NCBI GenBank assembly: GCA_963732675.1
Contig: CAVTAJ010000005.1
Span: 503,019 to 567,018 of the forward strand
DNA: 64,000 bases
Direction of reading: 5' to 3'
Origin: Nitrospirota bacterium
GTDB taxonomy: Bacteria; Nitrospirota; UBA9217
Positions 35,271-46,832 of the stretch are shown here, piece by piece. Every line of letters begins with the position of its first letter. Within the stretch, counting starts at the first letter, position 1. The notes beneath the pieces are model-generated. The model searched no databases and had not been told where the DNA came from. It worked only from the letters and a program-made list of their open reading frames with translations. Position numbers and translations under genes: made by a program.

Positions 35271-36180
35271 ATGAGCATTCTTGATTGCATCGGCAACACG
35301 CCGACTCGCGCGGCTGGACAGGATCAACCCGAATCCGAAGGTCCGGCTCTTTGCCAAGCTGGAAGGGAACAATCCCGGCGGATCGGTGAAGGACCGCATC
35401 GCCTGGTACATGGTCAAGTCCGCTGAAGCGGAAGGCAGGCTCACGAAAGGTTCGACCATCCTCGAGGCGACGTCGGGCAATACGGGCATCGGGCTCGCCA
35501 TGGTCGGCTCGGCCAGGGGATACAAGGTCAAGCTCGTGATGCCCGAGTGCGTGAGCATGGAGCGGAGGAAGGTGCTCGAGGCCTTCGGCGCCGAGCTGGT
35601 GCTGAGCCCCGGCAACCAGGGGACCGACGGCGCGATCCGGCTGGCGCACAAGCTCTACGACGAGCACCGGAACGGCTATTTCATGCCGAACCAGTTCGAC
35701 AACGAGGCGAACGTCAAGGCCCATTACGAGACCACGGGCAGAGAGGTCTACGAGCAGACGAGGGGAGAGGTGAGCGTGTTCGTGGCCGGCATGGGCACGA
35801 CCGGCACGCTCATGGGCGCGGGCAAACGGCTCAAGGAAATGAACAGCTCGATAACGGTCCTCGGCGTGGAGCCCCATCTGGGCCACAAGATCCAGGGGCT
35901 CAAGAACATGTCCGAGGCCATCGTGCCGAAGATATTCAATCCAGCGGCGCTGGACGAGAAATGGAACGTGGTGGACGACGACGCGTTCGACACAACGCGC
36001 AGGCTGGCGCTCGAAGAGGGCCTGTTCGTGGGTATGAGCAGCGGCGCGGCCATGTCTGCGGCGATCAAGAAAGCGAAGGAGATGAAGGACGGTACGATCG
36101 TCGTGGTCCTACCCGACCGCGGGGACCGGTACCTCAGTACGGCCTTGTTCACCTCTGTCTGCGCGCAGTGCCCGCCGTAG
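35271..36180 (+). CDS. cysM: Cysteine synthase B-like PLP enzyme, apparent +1 frameshift at ~35304
   Basis: MSILDCIGNTP start; KLEGNNPGGSVKDR, ATSGNTG, GMGTTGT and PDRGDRYLS. Confidence 0.9.
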
Positions 36181-36421
36181 GGGAGGATGTAAATAGACGG
36201 GGATCGGCTTCCCGAACATCGCTCCCGCCGTCGGTTCCCCCCTCACACCCTGCACTCGCGGTGCCGCTCGTAAACGCGGGTGCAAGTCCCAGCCCTCTCC
36301 CTACTGGGGATGTTGCACAGACGAGAGGCAGGTTTGCAATCATTTCAAATGCGTTTCGATTCATATCTCCCTGTTCACACGATCGCCGGTTGCACGTTCT
36401 CTACCGTCTCTGATTCAACTT

Positions 36422-37882
36422 TCATGGTTTGATCGTAAGGTAGATCGAACCTCCTCGCCGGTAGATGAGCAGGAGCACACCGTCCTTTTCTTTGATCTTC
36501 GAGACCGCCTGTTCATACTCCTGCGCGCTCTTGATGCTCTGACGGTTCACTTCCTGGATCACGTCATTGGCCTGCAACAGACCATGGCTCGGGCCGTCTG
36601 AAGCGACATCGGTCACAACCACACCAGTAAAGTTTTCGGGGATGTCCAGCTTGTCACGCAGGCTCGTGGTAAGGTCCTGGACCGTAATGCCCTTCAGAAC
36701 GTTCTTGTATTCGGTCTTTTTTATTTCCGCTTTTTCTTTGAACTCGCCGAGCGTTGCGGTGAGGGACTGCTGATTGCCATCCCGTATGATCTTGATCCCG
36801 ATCTTTGTCCCCGGCGACAACGCGGACACCATGTTCCTGAGGCTGGTGGAGTCGGAAACCGTTTTCCCGTCCAACTCGATGATGAGATCGCCCCGCTTCA
36901 GACCGGCCTTGTACGCGGGGCTGTCTTCCATGATGCCTGAAACCAGGGCGCCTGTCTGTTCCGTGATATTAAAGGATTTCGCGAGATCCGGTGAAAGGTC
37001 CTGGATGCTGACACCCAGCCAGCCGCGGATCACCTTCCCGTGCTTGATGATGCTGTCCATAACGCCTGTTGCCATGTCGGAGGGTATCGCAAAGCCGATC
37101 CCCATGTATCCGCCGCTGGTCGAGAAGATGGCGGTATTGATACCGATCAGTTCACCGTTGGTGTTGACCAGCGCGCCGCCTGAATTGCCCGGATTGATGG
37201 CCGCATCGGTCTGGATGAAGTCCTCAAAATCGGCGAGACCGATGTGCGATCTTCCCACGGCGCTCACGATCCCCATGGTGATCGTCTGGTTCAGGCCAAA
37301 GGGATTGCCGATGGCGAGCACCACGTCACCGGTCTTCAGCGCGGAGGATGACCCCATTTTCACCGTCGGCAGGTCCTTGGCGTCGATCTTCACGACGGCG
37401 AGGTCTGTTTTGGAATCAGTGCCCACGATCGTGCCTTTGAATTCCCGTTTGTCATACAGGACCACCTTGATCTCATCGGCACCCTTGACCACATGGCTAT
37501 TGGTCAGAATATACCCCTTATCGGACACGATCACGCCCGACCCCAGGGCAGAGGACTTATGTTTCCGATTCGGCCCCGGATGATTGAACTGGTCGCCGAA
37601 GAAGTGCCTGAAAAAAGGATCATTGAACATGTCGCCGAAGGGGTTCTCTTCCGCCGGGATCGTGGTCGTTGTCGAAATATTCACCACTGCCGGCCGTACC
37701 ACTTCGGCCACCTCGGCCAGAGCGTTGCTTAAATTCCCGAGTAATTTTTTGCTGTCCGGGGAAATGGTTTTTCCCCCGGCGTGGGCGGTATCAGCGGTCA
37801 GGTGAGCGCCCGAAACCAGGAATAGGAAGCTGAGTACAACGAAAAACCATGAAATGTTGCTGTTGCTGGTGCGATTCTGCAT
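36422..37882 (-). CDS. DegP/DegQ (HtrA) serine protease with two PDZ domains
   Basis: TNSHVV, DLAVVK, INPGNSGG; two PDZ domains; signal peptide. Confidence 0.95.
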   Translation of the reverse strand: MQNRTSNSNISWFFVVLSFLFLVSGAHLTADTAHAGGKTISPDSKKLLGNLSNALAEVAEVVRPAVVNISTTTTIPAEENPFGDMFNDPFFRHFFGDQFNHPGPNRKHKSSALGSGVIVSDKGYILTNSHVVKGADEIKVVLYDKREFKGTIVGTDSKTDLAVVKIDAKDLPTVKMGSSSALKTGDVVLAIGNPFGLNQTITMGIVSAVGRSHIGLADFEDFIQTDAAINPGNSGGALVNTNGELIGINTAIFSTSGGYMGIGFAIPSDMATGVMDSIIKHGKVIRGWLGVSIQDLSPDLAKSFNITEQTGALVSGIMEDSPAYKAGLKRGDLIIELDGKTVSDSTSLRNMVSALSPGTKIGIKIIRDGNQQSLTATLGEFKEKAEIKKTEYKNVLKGITVQDLTTSLRDKLDIPENFTGVVVTDVASDGPSHGLLQANDVIQEVNRQSIKSAQEYEQAVSKIKEKDGVLLLIYRRGGSIYLTIKP

Positions 37883-38343
37883 ATGTTCCTCCTCTTATTA
37901 TAAATTGATACAATCGAAATAATATTTATTACATACCAATGGGTTCCCTTCTCCCCGCTTTGGAGAGGACCAGGCCTGCCCTGAGAAAGGCGAAGGGGTG
38001 AGAGGCCATGTTGCATCAGTGTTCAATGCGTTCGTATTAGATTATACATTATGATGGTGTCGTGAGCAAGATGGATGCAGTGTCGTTGCGAGTGAGGTAG
38101 GTCAGCTTGTCCGAGCGCAACTGGCTGAAAAAACATGATTACGGTTCGCCTCCCCACCTGGCAAACGGTTTTGGGTTATGAAATTCGACACTGAAAAACC
38201 ATAATGGTTTAACGAAGGCTGTTTTTTTTAGAAAGGACCTTGCGGAAAAATCAGTGGGTACCTGCTTCAGGAACGACTGACAAGGCAAGCGGATCGTTAA
38301 TGTCAATCTATGGATTCGATACCTATGGCTGAGACGGCGGGGT

Positions 38344-41300
38344 CTACAGACCTGTGCAGTGTACGAGCCGGTTACTATCAAGGAACAGGAGATATCCCTC
38401 CACGCTCTCAAGTTTGAAGATATCTTTCACCGCTTCGCAGTAGATTGCGAGCTGCGGGCGATAATGTTCCTTCCAGTCATCGAGCGTCTCGTTACTTTCG
38501 ATGACGATGGACTTGTAGTCGATCACAAACCCTTTGCCGTCTTTTACGACCACGCGATCGATGATGCCGCTAACGAGGGAATGGCCTTTTTTATACAGGA
38601 AGGGCAGTTCCGAGTATGCGTTCTGATGACGCTCGAATATCCATGCAATAGTGTTGTTCCCCAGAACTGATCGCAGGATCGACTCGACATCGACCTTCAC
38701 GGTATGTTGAGCATCTTGCCCGCGCGTCATTATCTCAGGATATTCGGCAGTGATCCTGTCAATATCGTACGCGCCGTTCTTCGTGTATTCCTCAAGGCAG
38801 CGGTGGAGAATGCTTCCGCGAATAAGGGGAGAAACACCCCTGCCTTCACCTGAAAGAGCAACCGTCCCGGCTGCATCTTCCTTTTCCCGCTCGATGAAGT
38901 CAGTTGCACGCTTCCATTCAAGCGCATCCGAGCGAGGGATGGGGGAGATGTTGTTGAGGACCCGTTGCACATCTATCTGCACTGAAACGCCCTGAGCAAC
39001 TCCCCCCTTGGAAAGCGGGGCTGAAGGGGTTTTTCCCGTGAAGCCCGGTTCCCGTGCGGACACAGGATACGAGTAGGAACGCACGCCTGTTGGACCATCG
39101 ATCGGTGATGCGAATAAGGGTTGCGGCGCTGTGGTGTGCAGATCATCCAGCCAGGAGTTCTGTTTGACCGGTGTTTTGTTGTTCCCGAGGGTGCCGAGCA
39201 TGATCAGATGGTCCCGGGCCCGTGTCATCGCGACATAGAGAAGCCGCTGTTGTTCCCGCTTGATCTCTTCCCGCTCGCCGCTGTCGCCTTTCCACATATC
39301 ATCGTACACCGGATTGTTCGCGTCTTTGATCGCGATGCGCGGTCCATTGCCTGATTCGCTGATGAGGGCCTCCGGTCCGATGGTGAGAGACCGCGCGGCC
39401 TGGTTCATTCCCGGCAGGAACACGATGGGAAATTCCAGACCCTTGGCCTTGTGCACGGTCAGGATGCTGACGGACCCCTGGAACCCGGGAAGGTTCATAT
39501 CAGCAGTGGCCTCGCGCTGCTCGGTCCTGCGGAGGTTCCTGACCCATTCCACAAAGTCCTGGAGCGTGGTATGGCCGCGGCGGTCGAACTCGCGGGCAGT
39601 ATCGAGCAGTTTGTCGATGTTGAAGATCGCCTGCGGGTTCTTCCTGCCGAACCGCACATAGGCGCCGGTATCGTTGACGATCGTGTGCATAAGGGCCGCA
39701 AGAGGCGCGACGCCCGCGAGTTGTTGCCAGCGGTGCAGCAACTCCCATGCTCCCGGTCGCAGCGTTCGGAGGGCATCGAGCATATCTCCATGCTGCTGCA
39801 TGAGGTCGAAGAGGTCCTTGTCCGTGAACCCGAAGAGGGCTGAGGTAAGGGCCGCGGCAAGCGCAAGGTTGTCATCCTTGTTCCAGAGAAAGAAGAGGGT
39901 GTTCATCATGGCCTGGACCTCGTCCTCCTCGTAAAAGCCGATGCCGCCGATCACGCGGAAGGGAATGCCTGCCTGCTGCAGTGCTGTTTCGTAATCCTTG
40001 AGCTTTGTGCGGGACTGGATCAGGATGGCGCAGTCGCCGTACGCGGCATGCCGTTCTTTCCAGACATCGTTCACCTTATCGTAGACAACGGCGCCGGTTT
40101 CCACGAACGACTGTATGCTCTGCGCCAGCACATCGGCTTCAGCAGGGCCGGAAGGGGCCCCTTCTCCAGATGCAGACTGGATCTCGATGAGCTGGACGCT
40201 TCCCTTGTGGTCCTTTCTGTCACTGTCAGAGGGTTTATACGCTTCTCCCCATAGCCCTGCAAAGACCCTGTTCACCGTCTCGATGACCTCGGGTGTTGAA
40301 CGGAAGTTCTTGTCGAGCGTGAGGATTGCCCGCGATCCGGGAGGCAGAAGCGTCTCCATCTTCTGTTTGACGTTCTCGATCAGGCGGTAGTTCGCCTCGC
40401 GGAAGCGGTAGATGGACTGCTTCTCGTCGCCGACCACGAACAGCGTGGGGGGCATGCGTTTTTCCGCGCCCTGGCCCGCGAAGATCTCGCTGGTCAGCCT
40501 GTCGAGGATGGCCCACTGGATGTCGCTCGTGTCCTGGAACTCGTCAACAAGGAAGTGAAGGACCTTGCGGTCGAGCCAGTAGAGGATCTCCGGCGATTCA
40601 CTGTTCTGGAGCAGACGGTAGGCGTAGATCTCAAGGTCATCGAAGTCCAGGAGGCCTTCTCTGAGCTTCGATGCCTGGTAGTGTTCAGCCGAGCGCGAGA
40701 TACAGCCGGAGCATGCTGAGCGACTCGCGGCCTGCTTGTGCGCGCTGGTACGCGTTCCTGAGCCGGTACAGCAGTGCCTGGATGGCGAAGAAGCGCTTCT
40801 CGTATCCCTGTCTGTTCCTGCCTTTGAAGGACTTCACGGCGATCTTCGCGTTCTTGCGCGGTGTGCCTTCAAGGGTACAGTAGATCGGTGAGAGTGATGC
40901 CGCTGCCCTGAACGCGGCATCCGGGTCCTGCGCTTCGGCGAGCAGAAGGTGACCAGGCCCCATGCAATCGACATAGTTGTCGCCCTCTGCCTTGAGCAAG
41001 AGCTCCATCTCCTGGAACGATCGCCGCCACTCAGCGCTGGTGATAAGCGTAGCGAGCTCCGCCTCAGCCGCGCCTGTTTCCATTCCTGCGCGGACGGACT
41101 CGAGCAGGCCGTCCGGTCCCTGTGCGTCGATCTCCATGCGTTTGAGCCTGGTCCTGATTGAAAGCAGGTACTCGATGGTTGAAATAAGTTCGTCGGCCGT
41201 GAACCCCTTGAGCGCGGCCATGATCTCCTGGTCTTGGTCGGTTTCTTCGAGGGTATCTTCGATGGCCTTTTGGATCTTGGTTGCCTGGTCGCGGGAATCG

Positions 41301-41656
41301 AGCACGCCGAAGTCAGGCGGGAGACCCGCTTCGAGCGGGTAGCGCTTCAGGAGGTTCATGCAAAAGGAGTGGATGGTGGAGATGCGGAGGTCCTGCTTGC
41401 CCCGGATGATCTTCTTGAGCATGGCCTCGGGCAGGTCGCGCATCACGCGCTCTTTGATCTCCGCAGCGGCCTTGTCCGTAAACGTGATGGCCACGGCCTG
41501 GTCGATGTTGAGCCCGCGCTTGTCGAGCACGTCGAGCAGCGCCAGATAGCGCTCCTTGAGCGCGCGGGTCTTGCCCGATCCGGCCGAGGCCGAGAGGTGC
41601 ACGGACCTGGCCGTGTCGGAGGCGTCTGGCATTGTTTGATTTTTATTATTGGACAT
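38344..41656 (-). CDS. addA: AddA-like UvrD helicase/PD-(D/E)xK nuclease, apparent frameshifts at ~40685 and ~40455
   Basis: ASAGSGKT, TFTDKAAAE, STIHSF, LVDEFQDT (intervening frame), VGDEKQSIYRFR, TVHKAKGLEF, YVAMTRA, GIIDR..IDYKS..QLAIY. Confidence 0.9.
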
Positions 41657-41848
41657 AATTATTAACGAGGCAATGCCTCGGACCCATGAAACAATGGCAA
41701 AATCTTTGAACCGCGGAGACGCGAAGGCGCAGAGGACTTCATGTTCTTATATTTTAAACCCGAGCCTTGCCATGCTTTTCTCCGCGTCTCGGCGTCTCTG
41801 CGGTGAACGCTTGTGCCGTAGTAAAAGATTTTACTGTAGGGGCGACCC

Positions 41849-44800
41849 CTATGGTTCTTCTTTTTCACACATCATCTCATTCGGGCAATACCGGCACTTG
41901 TTTTCATCCCGCGGTTTGGCCGAGAAATCGCCGGCGCGGATGCCTTCGACTGCCTTGCGGGCCTTGTCCATGCTCTGTTTTAATATCGCCTCAAATTCCT
42001 CTGCGCTTTTGGGGCTTGCCTTGGGTTTTGCCATTGGATGGTCATTGCGCGCTTCTTTATTAAAGAGCACCACATCCCGCGCCCCGCCCCCGGTCTTTCC
42101 GGCGAGGTCGTAATATGCCAGGCCGATGGGTTTCCGCAGGGGCACGGCGCGCCGTGCCCCAACCTGTTGCATTGCCATGACCGCGTAGACCGGGAGCTGG
42201 AAGATGTCCTGCTCGGCATTCATCTTCGGGAGGGGATAGCTGCCGGTCTTGTAATCCACGATGATAAAGTCCCCATTGCCGTCAACATCGATGCGGTCGA
42301 TCTTTGCCGAGAGCTCGACTTCTTCGCCATTCGAAAGGACAAGACGGTATTGCCCGATCTTCTGCTCCAGATAGGCCGGCTTCATTCCCTGCTTCCAGAA
42401 CGCTTCCTCTGCATCAAGGAACCGTTCAGCCATGACCGTGAGGAAGCGCTCTTTGTCTCTTCGGTTGCGGAACGTATCTGCTTCCTTATCAAAGGCGGAG
42501 TCGGCGAGCTTTCGTAAGAGCGCCTGCGCCTCATCTCGAGTCTCCCGAGTGACTGTCTTGTTCCATGAAAGGTAGAAGTTCCGCAGGATCGCATGGATCT
42601 TGCTGCCGCGGTCCAGGGGAGAAATATCCTCGGTCACCTCTTCGAGCGGCTCGATGCCGAGGACATGCCTGACATAGTATTGGTAAGGACAGTTGAGGTA
42701 GTCATCCAGCTCGGTAACCCAGAATTCGCGCTTCTGCTGCGGTACGACGGGTGAGGTCGGTTCCGCTGGTCGGTACTCGATCGCGGACCTGATCCCGGAC
42801 AGTCCTTCGAGACCAGCATTCAGGATATCCTGTAAGCCGTTCATATTCCCTGACAGGCTTATCGCTTTTGCCAGCTCCGGTATGCTGTGGCTTTCTTCAA
42901 GCTTCAGGCTGAACTGGATGTCGGATGTCTTCCCGATCCCGCGATTCAGCAGGCCGGATTTCTTGAGCGGGGTCAGCTCTTCCAGAAACGGTGACGGCAC
43001 CACAGGCCGGTCGCCTTCGTTCTCAGGAAAGGTAAGCGTAACGGTCCCGGCAGAAAGGAGAAGACGATAAAAATGATACGCGGCGTTCAAGCGCGCCTTC
43101 TCGAGCGTTCTCACGCCCATGGTCTCGAGTGCCTGCTCGGGCAGGAAGATGTTCTGCGGCAGACGCTGGGGGAACTTGGCGTCAACGAGCCCGCCGAGAT
43201 AGATCTCTTTCCACGGATGGCCCATGCTTTCTTCAATGCCCAGGACCTGGACACCGCCCTCATCTTCGGGGGGCACCTGGAACCGGGTGTGCATGAAGGT
43301 CTTCTTGAGCAGGAACAGCCATTCGTTGAACGTGCAGGTATATTCCGGAAAGAGGTCGCCGGCCCGGCGAAGGGACGCGAGGGTATCGTTCAATTTCCTG
43401 TATGCCTGAAGATTGATATTCAAGGGGCCGTGAATTTTATCCACCCGCGCCGCGAGCCCTGACCAGGAGATGAGACCGTCAAGGCGCTCCATCCAGAGGG
43501 AAAGGGGAGATGCTTCTTTCGCGGCAAAGGGGTCGAGGGCAGCGAAAAGGTCCTTCAACGGTCCCGACAGGAGGTCCCTGCCGTCTTCTCCCCGGACATG
43601 ATGCGTGAGCGCGGAGAGCAGCTTGTCCTTGCCGCCGGTTATCCTCCTGTCCCGCATGAGCCTGTCGAGTGCCGGGGCGATTGCCGGCTGCTCGCTGAAT
43701 TTTATAAAGGGGGAACTGAAAATTCTGAGCAGCGACGGTCCGGAGAAGTCTTCCTGGAATGAGCGGAGGAGCGAGACCACCGCGGTTGACACCGGCGAGG
43801 TGCTGAGCTGCCTGCCGAGTGCGCGGTTGTAGGGGATGCCGTAATCATTGAAGATCTCTTCCACGAGCGGACCGTATTCATCAAGCGAGGGAAAGGCCAC
43901 GAGAATGGAGTCCGGCACAATGCCGTTCTTCAATGACCGTTTCACCATTCCCGCGATCATCGACACTTCCTCGCGGGTATTGATTGTCGAGAGCAGGTTG
44001 ATCGTCTTTGAAAAGGTCGATGGGGAAGGAGCGTTCTGTATTGTCTCAGAGAAAGGTTTGTCCGAGAACACGGTTGATGCAAGGAACCGGTCGTCGTTGT
44101 TCATGCCGGCACGGCCGGCTTTCGGCGCGATCCCGACGGCTGAGATGAAGTCTTTCGTTATCCTGAGAGGGTGGGACTCTCCGGCGCGTTCAAGCAGGTC
44201 CAGCGATGGCGCATCCACCAGGTATGCGCAGTCGCCGCATTCAACCATCTTGCGCAGAATGTCCGCTTCAAGCCTGCCCGTGTCCTGGATCCCGTCGATG
44301 ACGATCCGGGAATAGTGTGCGAGCCATGCGGGGTCGAAGCGGTCGCGCAGATGGGCGCGCATGCCTGCCGGGTCGGTCAGGCCGCGTTTCTCCAGGAGGG
44401 CGGTATACCGGGTATAGACATCGATAAGCAGCCTGACCTGGGGCTTGTCGAAAAACTCGGCATCCTTGATCTTGAGGGAAAGGTCAGCGGGCATCACGCC
44501 TGCCGCGGAAAGTTGTTCGATCATCTTCGCGAGCGCGGCAGAGAGAGAAGGCGCGAGCAGGTCCGGACTCTGGTTGAAAAGAGAACCGTTGATGAGGCGC
44601 TCCTTGACCAGACCCTCGAGCAGGAACAATCTGCTGTTCTCGTCCATGAGCCGCGGGCCATTGAGGGAGGAGTAGAGCTTCTCGAAGAACTGATGGAGCG
44701 TCTGGATCTCGGGCTGAACGAGTGCTGACGAACCTTTGCGATGAACGAGATCGAGGAACAGCCTGCCATACATCCGCTTCATACGAGACGAGGGCACGAG

Positions 44801-44917
44801 GATCAGAACATCGTTATAGATAAACGGCGGCACGTTTCTGGATGCAATAAGTTCCTCCAGAATGCGGGTTTTTTCCATCCAGCCCGCGTCCCCATATGGC
44901 AGTATGATGCATTTCAT
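41849..44917 (-). CDS. addB: AddB-like protein with Fe-S-stapled PD-(D/E)xK nuclease domain
   Basis: NCPYQYY..RGSKIH..KIDRID..VDYKTG..QLPVY..CRYCPNEMMC; adjacent to addA. Confidence 0.85.
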   Translation of the reverse strand: MKCIILPYGDAGWMEKTRILEELIASRNVPPFIYNDVLILVPSSRMKRMYGRLFLDLVHRKGSSALVQPEIQTLHQFFEKLYSSLNGPRLMDENSRLFLLEGLVKERLINGSLFNQSPDLLAPSLSAALAKMIEQLSAAGVMPADLSLKIKDAEFFDKPQVRLLIDVYTRYTALLEKRGLTDPAGMRAHLRDRFDPAWLAHYSRIVIDGIQDTGRLEADILRKMVECGDCAYLVDAPSLDLLERAGESHPLRITKDFISAVGIAPKAGRAGMNNDDRFLASTVFSDKPFSETIQNAPSPSTFSKTINLLSTINTREEVSMIAGMVKRSLKNGIVPDSILVAFPSLDEYGPLVEEIFNDYGIPYNRALGRQLSTSPVSTAVVSLLRSFQEDFSGPSLLRIFSSPFIKFSEQPAIAPALDRLMRDRRITGGKDKLLSALTHHVRGEDGRDLLSGPLKDLFAALDPFAAKEASPLSLWMERLDGLISWSGLAARVDKIHGPLNINLQAYRKLNDTLASLRRAGDLFPEYTCTFNEWLFLLKKTFMHTRFQVPPEDEGGVQVLGIEESMGHPWKEIYLGGLVDAKFPQRLPQNIFLPEQALETMGVRTLEKARLNAAYHFYRLLLSAGTVTLTFPENEGDRPVVPSPFLEELTPLKKSGLLNRGIGKTSDIQFSLKLEESHSIPELAKAISLSGNMNGLQDILNAGLEGLSGIRSAIEYRPAEPTSPVVPQQKREFWVTELDDYLNCPYQYYVRHVLGIEPLEEVTEDISPLDRGSKIHAILRNFYLSWNKTVTRETRDEAQALLRKLADSAFDKEADTFRNRRDKERFLTVMAERFLDAEEAFWKQGMKPAYLEQKIGQYRLVLSNGEEVELSAKIDRIDVDGNGDFIIVDYKTGSYPLPKMNAEQDIFQLPVYAVMAMQQVGARRAVPLRKPIGLAYYDLAGKTGGGARDVVLFNKEARNDHPMAKPKASPKSAEEFEAILKQSMDKARKAVEGIRAGDFSAKPRDENKCRYCPNEMMCEKEEP

Positions 44918-45046
44918 CGCCCGGTGATTATGCCACAAGTCCTGTAAATAGACAATGATTTCGAGATCAATGATAAGAGTGATTGTATGAACCAGGAGGT
45001 TTTGCTGAAAGATTGTGCCGGACATTCTCTAACGGAGTAAAAAATA

Positions 45047-45075
45047 TTGACAATGATTAGTGCATGGTCTATTAT
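45047..45075 (+). promoter_or_regulatory. sigma70-type promoter for fdx-trxA
   Basis: TTGACA-17 bp-TATTAT. Confidence 0.65.
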
Positions 45076-45090
45076 TGAAACAACTGTTAT

Positions 45091-45288
45091 ATGCAGTATC
45101 GAATCACGGAAAATAGATGCACCGGATGCGGGACTTGTCTGGATGTGTGTCCTACCGAGGCGATCAAGATGCAGGACGGGCGTGCGGTCATTACGATGGA
45201 ATGTATCGACTGCGGAGCCTGTCCGCGTGTCTGCCCCGAAGGCGCGATCAAGCAGGAGCTTCCCGCATCTGTCAAAAATTCGCGATAA
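45091..45288 (+). CDS. 2x[4Fe-4S] ferredoxin
   Basis: CTGCGTCLDVCP and CIDCGACPRVCP. Confidence 0.92.
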   Translation: MQYRITENRCTGCGTCLDVCPTEAIKMQDGRAVITMECIDCGACPRVCPEGAIKQELPASVKNSR

Positions 45289-45309
45289 AAGGGTTTGAAG
45301 GAGGTTGTA

Positions 45310-45645
45310 ATGGCTGAAGCGGTGACGAGTGCAACATGGGAGCAGGAAGTACTGAAGGCATCGGAGCTTGTACTGGTGGACTTTTGGGCTGTCTGGTGCG
45401 GGCCGTGCAGGATGGTTGCGCCGATCGTTGACGAGATCGCGAAGGAATACGAGGGCAAGCTAAAGGTCAGGAAACTGAACACGGACGAGAACCCGGACAT
45501 CGCCGGCAAGTACCGCATCATGGGCATCCCGACCCTCATGTTCTTTAAGGGCGGCCAGACCGTGGACCAGGTGGTCGGCGCCGTGCCCAAGGCCCAGCTC
45601 AAAGTCAAGGTGGACAACACTGCTCGCGAAATAGGCGTGGTCTGA
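45310..45645 (+). CDS. trxA: Thioredoxin (last residues probably frameshifted)
   Basis: [10 protein letters not shown] and IMGIPTL. Confidence 0.95.
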   Translation: MAEAVTSATWEQEVLKASELVLVDFWAVWCGPCRMVAPIVDEIAKEYEGKLKVRKLNTDENPDIAGKYRIMGIPTLMFFKGGQTVDQVVGAVPKAQLKVKVDNTAREIGVV

Positions 45646-45752
45646 GCGTTGCCGGATACCGGTGTGAACGGTCGAATATATTGTTGTCAGATCGACTGCC
45701 CGTCTTTGGCGGGCAGTTTTTGTTTGACCTTCTGCTTGAAAAGGAGCTGTTG

Positions 45753-46245
45753 ATGTTGAAGAGATTCGTCATTCCAGCCATCGTCGTGATGGCGTTGGCA
45801 GCCGGGTGCACTGACAAGGGCGCGCAACCGGGCTCTCTCGCTGCTCCCGATTTTACTCTCCAGGACATGGGCGGGAAAACCGTCAAACTGTCGGACCAAA
45901 AAGGCAAGGTTGTGCTGCTTGAGTTCTGGGCCACCTGGTGCCCCCCCTGCCGCGCGGCTGTCCCGGGTCTTGAACAATTGCACAAGGCTTATAAGGACAA
46001 GGGATTAGTGGTGCTCGCTGTGTCAATGGACCAGGGCGGCTGTGGATGAGGTAAAGTCATTTGTTGCTGAGCAGCATATTACCTATACGGTTCTGAAAGG
46101 AACCGATGCTGTTGCAGAGCAATACCAGGTGCGCTCGATCCCCATGACGCTGATACTGAATAAAGAAGGCAAGATATCCAGGCGATATCTCGGCATGGGC
46201 AACGACGAGGAACTGGAAAAGGACGTCAAAGCCGTATTGCAATGA
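45753..46245 (+). CDS. TlpA/ResA-family disulfide reductase lipoprotein, apparent frameshift at ~46043
   Basis: Lipobox AAGC, APDFTL and FWATWCPPC; YQVRSIP lies in the next frame. Confidence 0.88.
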
Positions 46246-46549
46246 AATGAGGACCAGCCGCAACACTGACCGGTATCTAGTTGATCCTGAACCTTTCACA
46301 ATTGACAAAGTTGTATAAAGCCCTATCTCACACAAAGCCACGAAGTCACAAAGAGGTAATCCCTTAAGGTATCGATTTAATTTTCTTCGTGATCTCTGTG
46401 TCTCAGTGTGGCCCTCTTCTTGGCCATCGCGTGAAAATCGACTTTTTATTGAGTCCATGACTGTTGACTCCCTCACCAATCAAAGCAATTCGCTGTTTCG
46501 ATTATGAATGTGCCGTTGGCATGATCATGGACATTTTCTTTTTTCGGGG

Positions 46550-46578
46550 TTGACAACACGCGGGCCCGTCGCTATAAT
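46550..46578 (+). promoter_or_regulatory. Consensus sigma70 promoter for tRNA-Gly
   Basis: TTGACA-17 bp-TATAAT, a perfect match. Confidence 0.85.
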
Positions 46579-46592
46579 GACTTTCAAAAAAA

Positions 46593-46668
46593 GCGGGCGT
46601 AGCTCAGTTGGTAGAGTACAAGCTTCCCAAGCTTGGTGTCGCGGGTTCGAATCCCGTCGCCCGCTCCA
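46593..46668 (+). tRNA. tRNA-Gly(CCC)
   Basis: GCGGGCGTAGCTCAGTTGGTAGAGTACAAGCTTCCCAAGCTTGGTGTCGCGGGTTCGAATCCCGTCGCCCGCTCCA. Confidence 0.95.
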
Positions 46669-46832
46669 TAAAGCAGACGACAGAGAGCGGAATACAGACA
46701 ACAGCCGGCAGGCGTCATGAGAAAAAATAAATTTCAGTCTGTCGTCTGCGTCAGTGCTCCGCATATCTGATGAGTTTGACCCCTCCTGATAAAACAGGCG
46801 GGGCTTTTTTGTCCACGAACCATCGCGTTATC

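Noticed and set aside
46593-46668. tRNA-anchored genomic island or prophage
   Set aside because: No integrase next to either tRNA and no duplicated tRNA 3' end was seen; flanking genes are housekeeping.
46670-46832. Cobalamin riboswitch upstream of cobU
   Set aside because: No B12-box or GGGAA..GCCCCCGC core; only a repeat and a terminator-like hairpin are present.
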